Shown here in pieces: positions 1 to 12,119 of a stretch of 54,342 nt of DNA. The notes under the pieces were generated by a model. That model was not told where the DNA came from. It searched no databases and was given only the letters and a program-made list of their open reading frames with translations. The DNA is from Minisyncoccota bacterium (GTDB lineage: Bacteria > Patescibacteriota > Minisyncoccia > Phycocordibacterales > Phycocordibacteraceae): NCBI GenBank assembly GCA_041674945.1, contig JBAYUT010000001.1:1-54342 (forward strand). The letters are read 5' to 3'. Each line of letters starts with the position of its first letter. Positions within the stretch are counted from its first letter, which is position 1. The translations under genes were made by a program, and so were the position numbers.

Positions 1-63
1 AGCTGGTAGAGCACCTCATTTGCAATGAGGGGGTCAGGAGTTCGAATCTCCTAGGGTCCACCA
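1..63 (+). tRNA. tRNA-Ala(UGC), 5' end cut by window edge
   Basis: Anticodon stem CCTCA/TGAGG with loop TTTGCAA (anticodon TGC). T-arm GGAGTTCGAATCTCC. The acceptor 3' strand has T at position 70 (G3:U70 Ala identity). CCA is encoded at 61-63. Confidence 0.8.
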
Positions 64-91
64 CACTTTTGAATACCCAGACATACCTCGC

Positions 92-922
92 ATGGAACGC
101 TTTGACACCACTCTACTCGCACGCACAGAGACAATCCCCGCGAGCGCAGAGGACTCCCACGAGGCCGCAGTAGGTACGGCAGGCCCCCACATCTCGATAC
201 GCCCTGAGGTCATTTTTAACATTGGCCAGGTGCCCGTCACCAACTCTATGTTCATGGGCACGCTCACCGCGATAGTGCTGGTAGTCATCGGTCTCGCCAT
301 TCGCCGCTCGATGCGCGAGGTGCCGGGCAAGCTCCAGGGGTGGTTTGAGCTCATCACGGAGTTTGCTCTCGACACCATGGATGCGGTGCTCGGATCGCGA
401 CAGAAGTCGCTGCAGTATTTTCCACTCATCATTACCATTTTCCTCTTCATACTCGCCTCAAACTGGATGGGGCTCTTGCCGATTAGCGGTATCCTAATGG
501 GAGACACGCACCTCTTCCGCGCTGCCACCACGGACCTCAACTTCACCATTGCGTTAGCGGTACTCTCGGTACTCGCAATAAACGTGCTCGGCGCGGCGGC
601 TATTGGTATCGGACCCCATTTGAGCAAGTTCTTTATCAACCCCCTACGAGACCCTATCGGGGCCTTTGTAGGCTTGTTGGAACTTGTGTCAGAGTTTGTT
701 AAAATTATCTCGTTCTCGTTTAGGTTGTTCGGCAATGTGTTCGCGGGCGAGGTACTGCTCACTATCGTGGCATTCTTGGTGCCGTACGGAGTGCCGCTGC
801 CTTTTTTGTTTCTCGAGATCTTCGTGGGTCTCATTCAGGCCTTCATCTTCTCGATGCTCACCCTCGTCTTCCTCGGAATGTCGACCGTGGCGCACGGCGA
901 ACACGCTGAGGCCCACGGTTGA
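92..922 (+). CDS. atpB: F0F1 ATP synthase subunit a
   Basis: 276-aa polytopic membrane ORF, first gene of an atp operon. C-terminal [11 protein letters not shown] motif is typical of subunit a. Confidence 0.93.
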   Translation: MERFDTTLLARTETIPASAEDSHEAAVGTAGPHISIRPEVIFNIGQVPVTNSMFMGTLTAIVLVVIGLAIRRSMREVPGKLQGWFELITEFALDTMDAVLGSRQKSLQYFPLIITIFLFILASNWMGLLPISGILMGDTHLFRAATTDLNFTIALAVLSVLAINVLGAAAIGIGPHLSKFFINPLRDPIGAFVGLLELVSEFVKIISFSFRLFGNVFAGEVLLTIVAFLVPYGVPLPFLFLEIFVGLIQAFIFSMLTLVFLGMSTVAHGEHAEAHG

Positions 923-957
923 CCGCATTTGTAAATTTATACATAAAAACACAGATT

Positions 958-1185
958 ATGGAACTTGAGACTATGAAATTCTTGGCGATTGCCATTGTAA
1001 TCACCTTGGGCACCCTCGCTCCTGCGTTCGCAATTGGCAAAATTGGCTCTTCTGCGGTCGACGGTATCGCTCGCAATCCTGAGGCAGCTCCGAAGATTCA
1101 GACCGCAATGATTCTTTCGCTCGCCTTCGCCGAGGCGGTTGCTATCTACGCACTCGTGATTGCGCTCATTCTTAAGTTCGTCTAG
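958..1185 (+). CDS. atpE: F0F1 ATP synthase subunit c
   Basis: 75-aa hairpin proteolipid ([12 protein letters not shown] loop, [11 protein letters not shown] helix 2). The ATG at 958 is preferred over the TTG at 919 of the ORF track. Confidence 0.9.
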   Translation: MELETMKFLAIAIVITLGTLAPAFAIGKIGSSAVDGIARNPEAAPKIQTAMILSLAFAEAVAIYALVIALILKFV

Positions 1186-1200
1186 TTCGAAGTTCCTTGT

Positions 1201-1722
1201 ATGGGTCAGCTCTTCTCTCAGCTCGGCATTGCGCCCGCAGCACTCCTCTGGCAGACACTCAACTTTCTTGTGGTGCTGGTGGTGCTCTATTGGTACGTCT
1301 ACAAACCACTAGCAGTACTGGTGGCCGAGAGGAGCAGAAAGATTGAGCAGGGCCTTGCCGATGCAGCGCGAGCGGCAGGAGAGCTCGCACGCGCAGAGGA
1401 GATGTACCAGCAGCGCATGAGCGACGCCGAGGGCGAGGCCGTGGGCGTCATGCGCAAAGCGGAACAGGACGCACAAACTCAGGCGCAGAGGATAATCACC
1501 AAAGGCGAGGAGCGCGATGCTGCGATGCTCGCGGAGGCACGCACTCTCGCGGAGCGTGTGCGCGAGGAGGAGATGTTGCGCCTGGAAAGCGAGGCGAAGG
1601 ACTTTGTGCAGGCCGTCCTACAAAAGACGGTCGAGCTCGACCCAAAGCATATAGACAACGCCCTCATCGAGCAGGCGGCCGCGATGGTGCGCGCCCATCA
1701 CCACGCCCACAAGACGGTATGA
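1201..1722 (+). CDS. atpF: F0F1 ATP synthase subunit b
   Basis: One N-terminal TM helix followed by a long charged coiled coil. Sits in the operon position of atpF. Confidence 0.85.
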   Translation: MGQLFSQLGIAPAALLWQTLNFLVVLVVLYWYVYKPLAVLVAERSRKIEQGLADAARAAGELARAEEMYQQRMSDAEGEAVGVMRKAEQDAQTQAQRIITKGEERDAAMLAEARTLAERVREEEMLRLESEAKDFVQAVLQKTVELDPKHIDNALIEQAAAMVRAHHHAHKTV

Positions 1723-2093
1723 GGCCCCGCCCAAGCCACTATGCACGCGCATTTATAGACTCGCTGCATGCTGGCACTCCATACGAGTCCGCTCAGACTG
1801 GTCTGCTCAAGGCGCTGGCCAAGAACGGCGACGCTCACCGCCTCCCTCAAGTCGCGCACGAGATCGAGAAGATTGAGACCGCAGCACATGGGGGTCATAT
1901 GGTACAGATTGAGTTTGCGCGAACGCCTGATCCCGCGCATGAGAAGCGGCTGCTCAGTGCGCTTGGAGATACAGATCATGTCGAGGCGCGCATGAACCCA
2001 GCACTTATAGCTGGCACGCGTATCACATTCGACGATGCGCTGGAGCTCGACCTCTCATTCGCGGGCAAGATGCGCGCCTTGTTCCATTACTAA
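1719..2093 (+). CDS. atpH: F0F1 ATP synthase subunit delta (short, 124 aa)
   Basis: ATGA start/stop overlap with atpF. Position between atpF and atpA. Much shorter than typical delta subunits. Confidence 0.7.
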   Translation: MRPRPSHYARAFIDSLHAGTPYESAQTGLLKALAKNGDAHRLPQVAHEIEKIETAAHGGHMVQIEFARTPDPAHEKRLLSALGDTDHVEARMNPALIAGTRITFDDALELDLSFAGKMRALFHY

Positions 2094-2110
2094 CCTTCAA
2101 TTCCCTCACC

Positions 2111-3633
2111 ATGTCCTACGAAGTCATCGAAAAACTCAAGCGTGAGATCGCCGGATTCAAAGACGATCCGCAATTCCATGCCATAGGCACGGTGGTAGAG
2201 GTAGGCGACGGTATCGCGCGCATCTCGGGTCTCACCAAGGCCGTGAGTCAGGAACTCCTTTCTATACAGACAAAAGTGGGCGATATTCCGGCGATTGCCT
2301 TCTCGCTTGAAGAAGAGTTTATCGGTGCGATTATCCTCGCCCCTGTTTCCGGCGTGCGCGTGGGCGACCGTGTGAGCGGCTCGGGCCGCGTACTCTCGAT
2401 ACCCGTAGGCGACGAAATACTCGGCCGCGTCGTTACCTCGCTAGGCGCACCGGCCGATGGCAAAGGGACCATTGGCACTGCCGATACGACAAAGCAGTAT
2501 CCACTCGAGCGGGCCGCCCCTGACGTGGTCTCGCGGGAGAGCGTCAGTGTACCGCTCCACACAGGGATCAAGGCCGTGGACGCCATGATCCCCATAGGCC
2601 GTGGCCAGCGCGAGCTGATCATCGGCGACCGTGGCACCGGCAAAACAGCGGTTGCGCTCGACGCTATTTTGAATCAGCTCAACGATACGGGCCGCCCCCA
2701 GGTGTACTGCGTGTACGTCGCCATTGGTCAGAAGCAGTCGAAGGTAGCGCAGATAGTGCGCAAGCTCGCTGACGCCGGCGCGATGGCCTACACGACAGTC
2801 GTGTCGGCGCCTGCCGGCAGTCCCGCACCACTTCTGTACCTCGCTCCTTTCGCCGGCGCCGCTATAGCCGAGTACTTCATGGACCAGGGCAAGGACGTGC
2901 TTGTGGTTTATGACGACCTTTCCAAACACGCCGACGCCTATCGCGAAATGTCGCTCCTTTTGCGCCGCAGCCCTGGCCGCGAAGCATACCCAGGCGACAT
3001 CTTCTACCTCCACTCACGCCTGCTCGAGCGCGCAGCACGCCTCGACAAGGCGCATGGTGGCGGCTCAATGACCGCACTACCGATTATCGAGACTAAGCTT
3101 GGTGACGTCGCGGCGTACATCCCTACCAACGTGATCTCTATTACCGACGGCCAGATCTACCTTGAGTCGAGCCTCTTCAACCAGGGTATTCGCCCCGCCG
3201 TAAACGTAGGCCTCTCGGTCTCTCGCGTCGGCTCCTCTGCACAAACTAAGGCCATGAAGAAAGTGGCGGGAAAGCTGCGGCTCGAGCTCGCGCAGTTCCG
3301 CGAGCTTGCAGCCTTTGTACAGTTTGCGAGCGACCTCGACGAGGGCACGCGCCAGAAGATTGCCCGCGGCGAACTCCTTACCGAGCTCCTCAAGCAACCC
3401 GATGGCGCACCGCAGGGCTACTTCTACACAGTGCCAGTACTCTACGCGGCACTGAACGGGTACCTGAGCGACGTGCCGAAGGACGAGCTACTCGCGTTCC
3501 AGGACCGTCTTGTTGAGTATCTTGAGTCCCGCCACCGAGCGGATGTTATTGAGCCGATAGAAAAGACTGGCAACCTCGATGAGATTGCAGAGGCAGCACT
3601 TAAGGCAGCGCTCGAGCAGTTTAAAAAACTCTA

Positions 3634-3634
<1 letters not shown>
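2111..3634 (+). CDS. atpA: F0F1 ATP synthase subunit alpha
   Basis: 507 aa with Walker A GDRGTGKT and a full-length conserved alpha-subunit sequence. Confidence 0.97.
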
Positions 3635-6020
<2,386 letters not shown>

Positions 6021-6022
6021 CC

Positions 6023-6265
6023 ATGCAAACGAAGGTCGTCACACTCAGCGGGGTAGTCTTCGAGGGCGAGGCAAAGGCCGTGCACGCTCGCACCCAATCA
6101 GGCGACATAACCTTGCTCGACCACCACCGACCGCTCATCTCAGTGCTCGCACCCCAAACGCGTATACGAATAGAGACGCTTGAGGGTACCGACGTGGCGT
6201 TCCCCGCGGCGAACGGGTTCCTGCACATGGACGGGAACAACGTACTGACCATATTGGTTGATTAG
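6023..6265 (+). CDS. atpC: F0F1 ATP synthase subunit epsilon (beta-sandwich domain only, 80 aa)
   Basis: Last gene of the operon. The sequence covers only the N-terminal domain and has no C-terminal helical hairpin. Confidence 0.75.
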   Translation: MQTKVVTLSGVVFEGEAKAVHARTQSGDITLLDHHRPLISVLAPQTRIRIETLEGTDVAFPAANGFLHMDGNNVLTILVD

Positions 6266-6283
6266 TTTACGAAAGGGTGTATC

Positions 6284-7438
6284 GTGCCAAGCGGACCGCA
6301 GTCTAAGATTTGCAACGATCGAATCGGTATTCACACCAAGGGAAGAGGAGGAGGGGTCAAGGTGGCACTGAGTCTTGTTGAAGAAGTACTGGAACACAAC
6401 CGAGAGCAGTCTGCTCTCTTTTCAAGTCGAGAGGCACGGGACGAGCGAGAGGACTACCGAACCAAGCACTCTACGGAAATTGGGGTGTTGAAGTGCATGG
6501 ACGGGCGAATGAGCCTTGCCGTCTTCACGGAGACACCGCTTGGCATCATTCAGCCTTTCCGCGATCTCGGTGCGCGGTTCGAGTTTGGCTCGCCTCACTT
6601 CGATCATGTGATGAAGCGGTGGGTGTACCGCGCCCGGCGGAAAAACCGTTGCGTCATACCGCTTGTCTGCGACCACTGGTCGCAGGGAGACCGGGGCCGT
6701 TGCTGCAAAGGGCACGGATACGACACAGCAAAGGCCAGGGCGTATGCAAGTGAACTGCGCGACCGCTTTGCGTGGCACTTTGCAGAGCACCACCCCTTCG
6801 TCTATCCGATCCACATCAGGATCGAGACAGACGAGGACGCGCTGACCTTCTACGGTGCGCGGGACGGTAACGACCTCAACCTGTCGCAGACACCCACAAC
6901 GACGCCCGCAAGCGTGATTGACCTGCGTCTACGCGAGATGTACCCAGACATGAGGGAGGAGATGCTACTCGATCTCGTACCACTGGTGATGGGCAACCTT
7001 CGCCATGTGGCAAAGATGCGTGAGCAGCCGCGACGACCAGAGGATATGCAGCACCGTGAGCAGGTGTTTGCCCTCGGCCGCGACTTCGATTGGATGAGGC
7101 GTTCGAACTGGGCCGTCATTGTCGGCCCGTATTCTATGGACATCGCCGCATCGATCAAGACCGGCGCGGAGCTGATTCTTGAGAATTTGAGGGAAGGACG
7201 GATTGCGCCCAGTGAGGGCGTTGTCCTCATGACCTCAGGCATCTACAAGAAGCGTGACCTTACCAGCCAACGGTTCGCCGAGTCACGTTCACGCCGGCTC
7301 GAGCACATTGCAACGTCAATCATTCGCGCCCAGGTGCCCAAGCTCGGACCGTACGTGACGGTACTGCCTGGGGTTACCGACATGAAAACGCGACGGTTCA
7401 CACCCCTCGATGGCGGCGCGTACCGTCTCATCGCATGA
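6284..7438 (+). CDS. hypothetical protein with a beta/CsoSCA-like carbonic anhydrase metal-site pattern
   Basis: 384-aa ORF with a GTG start. Carries Cys71-x-Asp73-x-Arg75 (KCMDGR), then His131 and Cys140/Cys141 (CDHWSQGDRGRCC). Followed by a hairpin plus T-run terminator. Confidence 0.6.
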   Translation: MPSGPQSKICNDRIGIHTKGRGGGVKVALSLVEEVLEHNREQSALFSSREARDEREDYRTKHSTEIGVLKCMDGRMSLAVFTETPLGIIQPFRDLGARFEFGSPHFDHVMKRWVYRARRKNRCVIPLVCDHWSQGDRGRCCKGHGYDTAKARAYASELRDRFAWHFAEHHPFVYPIHIRIETDEDALTFYGARDGNDLNLSQTPTTTPASVIDLRLREMYPDMREEMLLDLVPLVMGNLRHVAKMREQPRRPEDMQHREQVFALGRDFDWMRRSNWAVIVGPYSMDIAASIKTGAELILENLREGRIAPSEGVVLMTSGIYKKRDLTSQRFAESRSRRLEHIATSIIRAQVPKLGPYVTVLPGVTDMKTRRFTPLDGGAYRLIA

Positions 7439-7461
7439 TCTGAAAACAATAGACAACGAGC

Positions 7462-7495
7462 GCGCCGGCCCAGGAGGACCGGCGCACTTTTCTTT
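7462..7495 (+). terminator. intrinsic terminator after the CA-like gene
   Basis: GCGCCGG...CCGGCGC stem followed by the T-rich run TTTTCTTT. Confidence 0.6.
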
Positions 7496-7627
7496 GTTGA
7501 TAGGCGAGTTGAATTCCTTATAAGGACTGCTAAACTCTCCTGGTGCAGACAGCTACGGCGTGATGTGGCAACACATCGACCCGTTTTTTTATTTCAAATT
7601 TTTACCCCTTAACCGCACAGGCACTTT

Positions 7628-9259
7628 ATGGTCCTAGATAACATCAAGCAAAATCTCACCTCGGGCCTCACGGTCTCCCTTATTTCCATACCCCTCTCCG
7701 TCTCTCTTGCGGTCTCCTCCGGCGCCACACCGACCATCGGCATCATTACCGCCATCTGGGCGGGCCTTATCGCGGCACTCTTCGGCGGGAGCAACTTCAA
7801 TATCGTTGGTCCCACGGGCGCACTCTCGGGAGTCATCATGACCTACGTGATTTTGCACGGCATGGGCAGCCTGCCGATGCTGGCGATTACGGCCGGAGTC
7901 ATCATCATGCTAGCGTACGCATTCCGCCTGGAGCGCTATATCATTCTCATTCCGTCGAGCGTAATACACGGCTTTACGCTGGGCGTTGCCTTTATCATCG
8001 GCCTCGGGCAGCTCAATTTTGCCCTCGGTCTCAAGGACCTTCCCGCCCACGAGACCTTGTTTGCCAATCTTATCGAGTCGTTCCGCCATCTGCCCGCTAC
8101 CTCGCTCGAGACCTTCTGGGTCTTCGTGCTCTTCCTCATCGGCCTACTGTTGTTTAAGAGGTATGCACCGCGCGTGCCAGGCGCCATCGTCCTTGCACCG
8201 GTCGGTATCGTGCTCGGCTGGGCAAGCGAGGCGCAGCTCGTGCCTATTGCGCTACAGACACTCGGATCTAAGTTCGGTCAAATAAGTTTCCATTTCTTTG
8301 AGGTCCCCCAATTCGGTCTTTCTCTCGCTCTGGTTGAGACGGCGGCCGTCGTGGCCCTCATCGCCATCCTCGAGACCATGCTCTCTGCAAAGATTGCTGA
8401 CGGGATGACGCACACCAAGCACAACGAACGCAAAGAGGTCTTTGGTCTCGGGCTCGCCAACATCGTAGTCGGCCTCTTCGGCGGCATGCCTGCCACCGCG
8501 GCTCTTGCGCGGACTTCGCTCAATGTGAAGACCGGTGCCACGCACAGCACCTCGGCCGTCATCAACACCGTCAGCATCGCCGTTATATCCTTCTTGCTCT
8601 TGAGCTACTTCACGTATATCCCCTTGGCGGTGATCGCATCGATCCTCGTCTACGTCGCTATTCAAATGGTCGGGACCGAGCATTTCGGCAAACTCTGGCA
8701 GTATGACCGAGCGGGCTTTTACGTCTCACTCCTCGTCGCGCTGGTGACCATTGTCATCGACCCTATCGTGGGCATACTGCTTGGCGTGTCGGTGTCGCTC
8801 CTCATGTTCGTAAACAGGATGTCCCACGGACACTTTGACCTCACGGTGAATCGCTTTGACGAAGGGATTGTCGACTCAGACTCCGGCGTAAAGCTCGGTG
8901 CGCTTGAGGAAAATGGGGATGTCTTGCTCTACTCGATCAAGGGTAAGCTCTGCTACATCAACAGCCGCGCTCACGTGCAGCGCTTCGAGGACAACCTAGT
9001 GAAGTATAAGACAATCATCCTACGGCTACGCGAGGTCTACTTTATTGACCCAGACGGTGTAGAGGCACTCGATGAGATTATAGGGACCATAGAGGCACGT
9101 GGACAGCAAGTGCTGCTGACTGGCATCGACCAGAGCACGCTCGACCTGCTCGAACAGCTATCGCACGGATACAAGCATCTCAAGGAGAAGGGGCTCATCT
9201 ATGCCAAATCAGAGCAGGCGCTCAACTTTCTCGGCGTGCCAACACGGGGCAAGTCCTAG
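7628..9259 (+). CDS. SulP family inorganic anion transporter with C-terminal STAS domain
   Basis: 543 aa. N-terminal polytopic region with SulP-like GIITAIWAGLIAALFGGSNFNIVGPTGA. C-terminal soluble roughly 130-aa STAS-like domain. Confidence 0.9.
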   Translation: MVLDNIKQNLTSGLTVSLISIPLSVSLAVSSGATPTIGIITAIWAGLIAALFGGSNFNIVGPTGALSGVIMTYVILHGMGSLPMLAITAGVIIMLAYAFRLERYIILIPSSVIHGFTLGVAFIIGLGQLNFALGLKDLPAHETLFANLIESFRHLPATSLETFWVFVLFLIGLLLFKRYAPRVPGAIVLAPVGIVLGWASEAQLVPIALQTLGSKFGQISFHFFEVPQFGLSLALVETAAVVALIAILETMLSAKIADGMTHTKHNERKEVFGLGLANIVVGLFGGMPATAALARTSLNVKTGATHSTSAVINTVSIAVISFLLLSYFTYIPLAVIASILVYVAIQMVGTEHFGKLWQYDRAGFYVSLLVALVTIVIDPIVGILLGVSVSLLMFVNRMSHGHFDLTVNRFDEGIVDSDSGVKLGALEENGDVLLYSIKGKLCYINSRAHVQRFEDNLVKYKTIILRLREVYFIDPDGVEALDEIIGTIEARGQQVLLTGIDQSTLDLLEQLSHGYKHLKEKGLIYAKSEQALNFLGVPTRGKS

Positions 9260-9312
9260 CACGAGCGCATCGCTGCCAAGCTCGCCGCGCACTGCTGGAC
9301 ACATCTATTAGG

Positions 9313-9828
9313 GTGTGGGATACTAAGACTATCATGAGAGAGAGAACTATCGTTGAGCGTATTACGACCTGGATCGGCTCCGGGTCGTCGCTTGTGCTCC
9401 ACACCCTCATCTTTGGTGGTGCTTTTCTCCTGTCGGCAACAAGCTACCTGGCATGGGAGACAATGCTCCTCGTCCTCACCACAATTGTTTCTCTCGAGGC
9501 GATCTATCTCTCGATATTTATCCAGATGACGGTGAATCGCCACACCCAAGACCTGGCCGAGGTTAGCGAAGACGTTGAGGAGATCCAAGAAGACATTGAG
9601 GAGATTAGTCACGATGTCGATGAGATTCAGAAAGATGTGGATGAAATTCAGGAGGATGTGGACGAGATTCAGGAAGACGTTGAGGAAATTAGTGAGGATG
9701 TCGAAGAGATAACCGAAGAAGACTCCGAGGCGGAGCAACACGAGCACCGCCAGGTAGTGGCCATTGAGCAGCTCACTCAAGACGTGAAGCGCCTCCTCGC
9801 CGACCTTGAGCAGTTGAAGAAGGGGTAG
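9313..9828 (+). CDS. DUF1003-like membrane protein with an acidic heptad-repeat tail
   Basis: Two TM helices with SLEAIYLSIFIQMTVNR (DUF1003-type motif), followed by (E/D)D(V/I)(E/D)EI(Q/S) repeats. Confidence 0.75.
   Translation: MWDTKTIMRERTIVERITTWIGSGSSLVLHTLIFGGAFLLSATSYLAWETMLLVLTTIVSLEAIYLSIFIQMTVNRHTQDLAEVSEDVEEIQEDIEEISHDVDEIQKDVDEIQEDVDEIQEDVEEISEDVEEITEEDSEAEQHEHRQVVAIEQLTQDVKRLLADLEQLKKG
9568..9714 (+). repeat. 7 x 21-bp in-frame tandem repeat
   Basis: Units GAAGACGTTGAGGAGATCCAA, GAAGACATTGAGGAGATTAGT, CACGATGTCGATGAGATTCAG and so on. Each encodes xDVxEIx. Confidence 0.9.
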
Positions 9829-9829
9829 C

Positions 9830-10780
9830 GTGCCCAGAAGCTCACGGACAAGACCGATGGGCTTGCAATCCTTCGAAGCATTGACGGACTATCGTTTACA
9901 TGGTACCTTGCATTCGGGAGCACTCAGCTCTACCAAAGCCGCAGAGCCGCAACATCAAGACATAACCACACAGGAGGGAGCCCCCGTGAAGCAATCTTTC
10001 CCCATTAGTCGAGAACAGCTGACGACCATTGCATATCGCGCTGGTCACATCATGCGTGACCACTTCACCCACTTCGGAATGGCCCGTGACGTCAAGGGTG
10101 ACAAAACACCCGTAACGCTCGCGGATACGTTGATCAACACGATGTTCATCGAACGAGTCCGCGAAATCGCACCCCACATCGACGTGGTCGGCGAGGAGGA
10201 GAGCTGTCGCAAGGAAAGCCCATGGCAACTGGTCGTCGACCCCGTCGACGGCACGTTCCCCTTTACCTGGGGGATGCCCGTGGCCACATTCATGGCTGCA
10301 TTGCTTTTCGAGGGAGTACCGGTGATTGGCGTGATTTACGATCCATTCACAGATCGCATGTTCAGCGCCGAACGGGGCAAGGGTGCCCACATGAACGGTC
10401 GCAGCCTGCGCGTCTCGCAAGCAGCAACCCGTGGTGAGCGTCCGATCGTTGGCTACGTGTCATGGCCTGACAGCCCGTACAACGTACTCAAAGTGATGCA
10501 CTACCTCGAAGAGAGGGGCATCACCTCGATCAACTTGTGTAGCATCGGCTACATCGAGGTTGCGGTGGCGACGGGCGAGCTCGCGGGGACGGTCTTCCCA
10601 GGCACCGCTCATCACGACACGGCCCCGGGGCACATCATCGTCGACGAGGCGGGCGGCCGCGTGACGGATGTTCACGGGAAGTTGCTCACCTACGAGGGCG
10701 GCAAAATTGCCGGCCACGTCATGAGCAACGGACGGATCCACGAGCTATTGATGGAAGCTCTCGCGGCCTGCAATCCGTAG
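9830..10780 (+). CDS. inositol monophosphatase family protein
   Basis: VVGEEE, VVDPVDGT and HHDTAPGHIIVDEAGG motifs. The roughly 60-aa N-terminal extension suggests the true start may be downstream of the GTG at 9830. Confidence 0.8.
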   Translation: MPRSSRTRPMGLQSFEALTDYRLHGTLHSGALSSTKAAEPQHQDITTQEGAPVKQSFPISREQLTTIAYRAGHIMRDHFTHFGMARDVKGDKTPVTLADTLINTMFIERVREIAPHIDVVGEEESCRKESPWQLVVDPVDGTFPFTWGMPVATFMAALLFEGVPVIGVIYDPFTDRMFSAERGKGAHMNGRSLRVSQAATRGERPIVGYVSWPDSPYNVLKVMHYLEERGITSINLCSIGYIEVAVATGELAGTVFPGTAHHDTAPGHIIVDEAGGRVTDVHGKLLTYEGGKIAGHVMSNGRIHELLMEALAACNP

Positions 10781-10868
10781 GGGAGGGCCACACCGAGGTG
10801 CGGGCGCTGGAGAATGGTCTCCGGCGTCCGCGCTTTCTTTTTGCTGCGAGCCTTGCTATTCTCGGGTC

Positions 10869-11885
10869 ATGTCGTATTCCCAGGAGCCGCTTCGACGCCT
10901 TCTCATGTCAGGCAAAATAGCGGGCGGCGGGGCGTCCCCAGAACACATCGAGACGGTCATGTCAGATGTGTACCTCTTCGACGACGTAGTATACAAGCTG
11001 TACAAAAACGACAACGAGTTTTTTAATACCAACTTTCGCGACTTGTCTAGGCGCGAGACCCGCATCGCTTTTACCCGCAGCGACTTCGCATGGAACCACG
11101 CCCTTAGCCCTTCTATCTACCTTGAGCTGCAGGGGGTCTCTGTAGCCAATGACCAGATACGCTTCCTCGCCTTTGATGACGCCCCGGAGGAGTTCTTGAT
11201 TGTCATGCGCCGCATCGCACGCGAGCACCTCTTGTTTGAGAGGATTGTAAGCAACGGTATCTCTCGAGAGGATTGCTTCTCCCTTGGCTCACAGCTTGCA
11301 GACAGTCTTACAAAGGCCCGGACGCAAAGATTTTCTGGATACAACTACTTCGAAACTTTTAAGGCAAATATCGTCGACGTTCACAATTTCATTAAGGACG
11401 TGGCCGAGTACGTCCCCTTCGAAGAGGTGCAAGCCTATATCGATTTCCTCGAAACGTTCCGGCTCAACAACCGGTCGCTGTTCGAGTCGACGTTAAGTCT
11501 TGAACTCGATCGCGGAGGAGATACGCATAGCCACAATGTCGTCGTCACCGATGGACAACTCCTTCTGATGGACACGTATCCTCCCAAAGATGCCTGGCTG
11601 ATAGAGCACCACTTGCTCCCTCTGTATCGGATAGGTACTGATATATGGGGCTTAAGCGGCAACAAGGAGCTCTTTGAGGCGTTCGTTGCGGGATACGAAG
11701 AAACTGCGGCAATCAAGGTAGACCGCTCGCTGGACGCACTGTTCGTGACGTATTCTGCCCTTATTGCAGTTTCGTATCACTACATGCTACAGCGGACCGA
11801 CAAATCAAAAGCTCTTGCCGCAACACGCTTTCATAGTTTCCTCCGCACATATTTCAAAGAAATTACCGCTAGCGCAGTAAAGTGA
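10869..11885 (+). CDS. kinase-like (APH/choline kinase fold) phosphotransferase, putative
   Basis: 338 aa. GGDTHSHNVVVTDGQLLLMDTY resembles the HxDxxxxN...D catalytic loop of aminoglycoside phosphotransferase-like kinases. Confidence 0.55.
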   Translation: MSYSQEPLRRLLMSGKIAGGGASPEHIETVMSDVYLFDDVVYKLYKNDNEFFNTNFRDLSRRETRIAFTRSDFAWNHALSPSIYLELQGVSVANDQIRFLAFDDAPEEFLIVMRRIAREHLLFERIVSNGISREDCFSLGSQLADSLTKARTQRFSGYNYFETFKANIVDVHNFIKDVAEYVPFEEVQAYIDFLETFRLNNRSLFESTLSLELDRGGDTHSHNVVVTDGQLLLMDTYPPKDAWLIEHHLLPLYRIGTDIWGLSGNKELFEAFVAGYEETAAIKVDRSLDALFVTYSALIAVSYHYMLQRTDKSKALAATRFHSFLRTYFKEITASAVK

Positions 11886-11954
11886 TACAGACAGGTTCCA
11901 GTCGTCCTCTAGACTTAGATTTTCTGATGCTTATCTGGTATCGTTGGCGAGTAC

Positions 11955-12028
11955 GCGCTCTTAGCTCAGCTGGTTAGAGCGTCCGCCTCACACGCGGAAG
12001 GTCGGAGGTTCGAATCCTCCAGAGCGCA
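11955..12028 (+). tRNA. tRNA-Val(CAC)
   Basis: Clean cloverleaf. Acceptor GCGCTCT/AGAGCGC, anticodon stem TCCGC/GCGGA with loop CTCACAC, T-arm GGAGGTTCGAATCCTCC. Confidence 0.9.
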
Positions 12029-12048
12029 CAAGCCCGTATCCACATACT

Positions 12049-12119
12049 CGGGCTGGAGTATGCCGGCAGTACGAGCGATTCGGGTTAGTTAAGACCGGTT
12101 CCGATTCCCGGCAGCCCGA
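12049..12119 (+). pseudogene. tRNA-Pro(CGG)-like sequence with a degenerate D- and T-arm
   Basis: 71 nt. Acceptor CGGGCTG/CAGCCCG (C1:G72, A73). Anticodon loop TTCGGGT. The T-loop TCCGATT and positions 8, 14 and 53 deviate from invariant tRNA nucleotides. Confidence 0.3.

Noticed and set aside
34-834. Long antisense or alternate-frame ORFs inside recognised genes (for example 34-834 opposite atpB, 32040-32795 opposite the nucleotidyltransferase, 13564-14325 inside the FAD oxidoreductase, 24229-24741 opposite murF)
   Set aside because: All lie within genes that have unambiguous family signatures. Open shadow frames are expected at this GC content.
9568-9714. Regular 21-bp periodic repeat considered as a CRISPR-like array
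   Set aside because: There are no spacers. The units are contiguous, in frame and inside a coding sequence, and there are no cas genes in the window.
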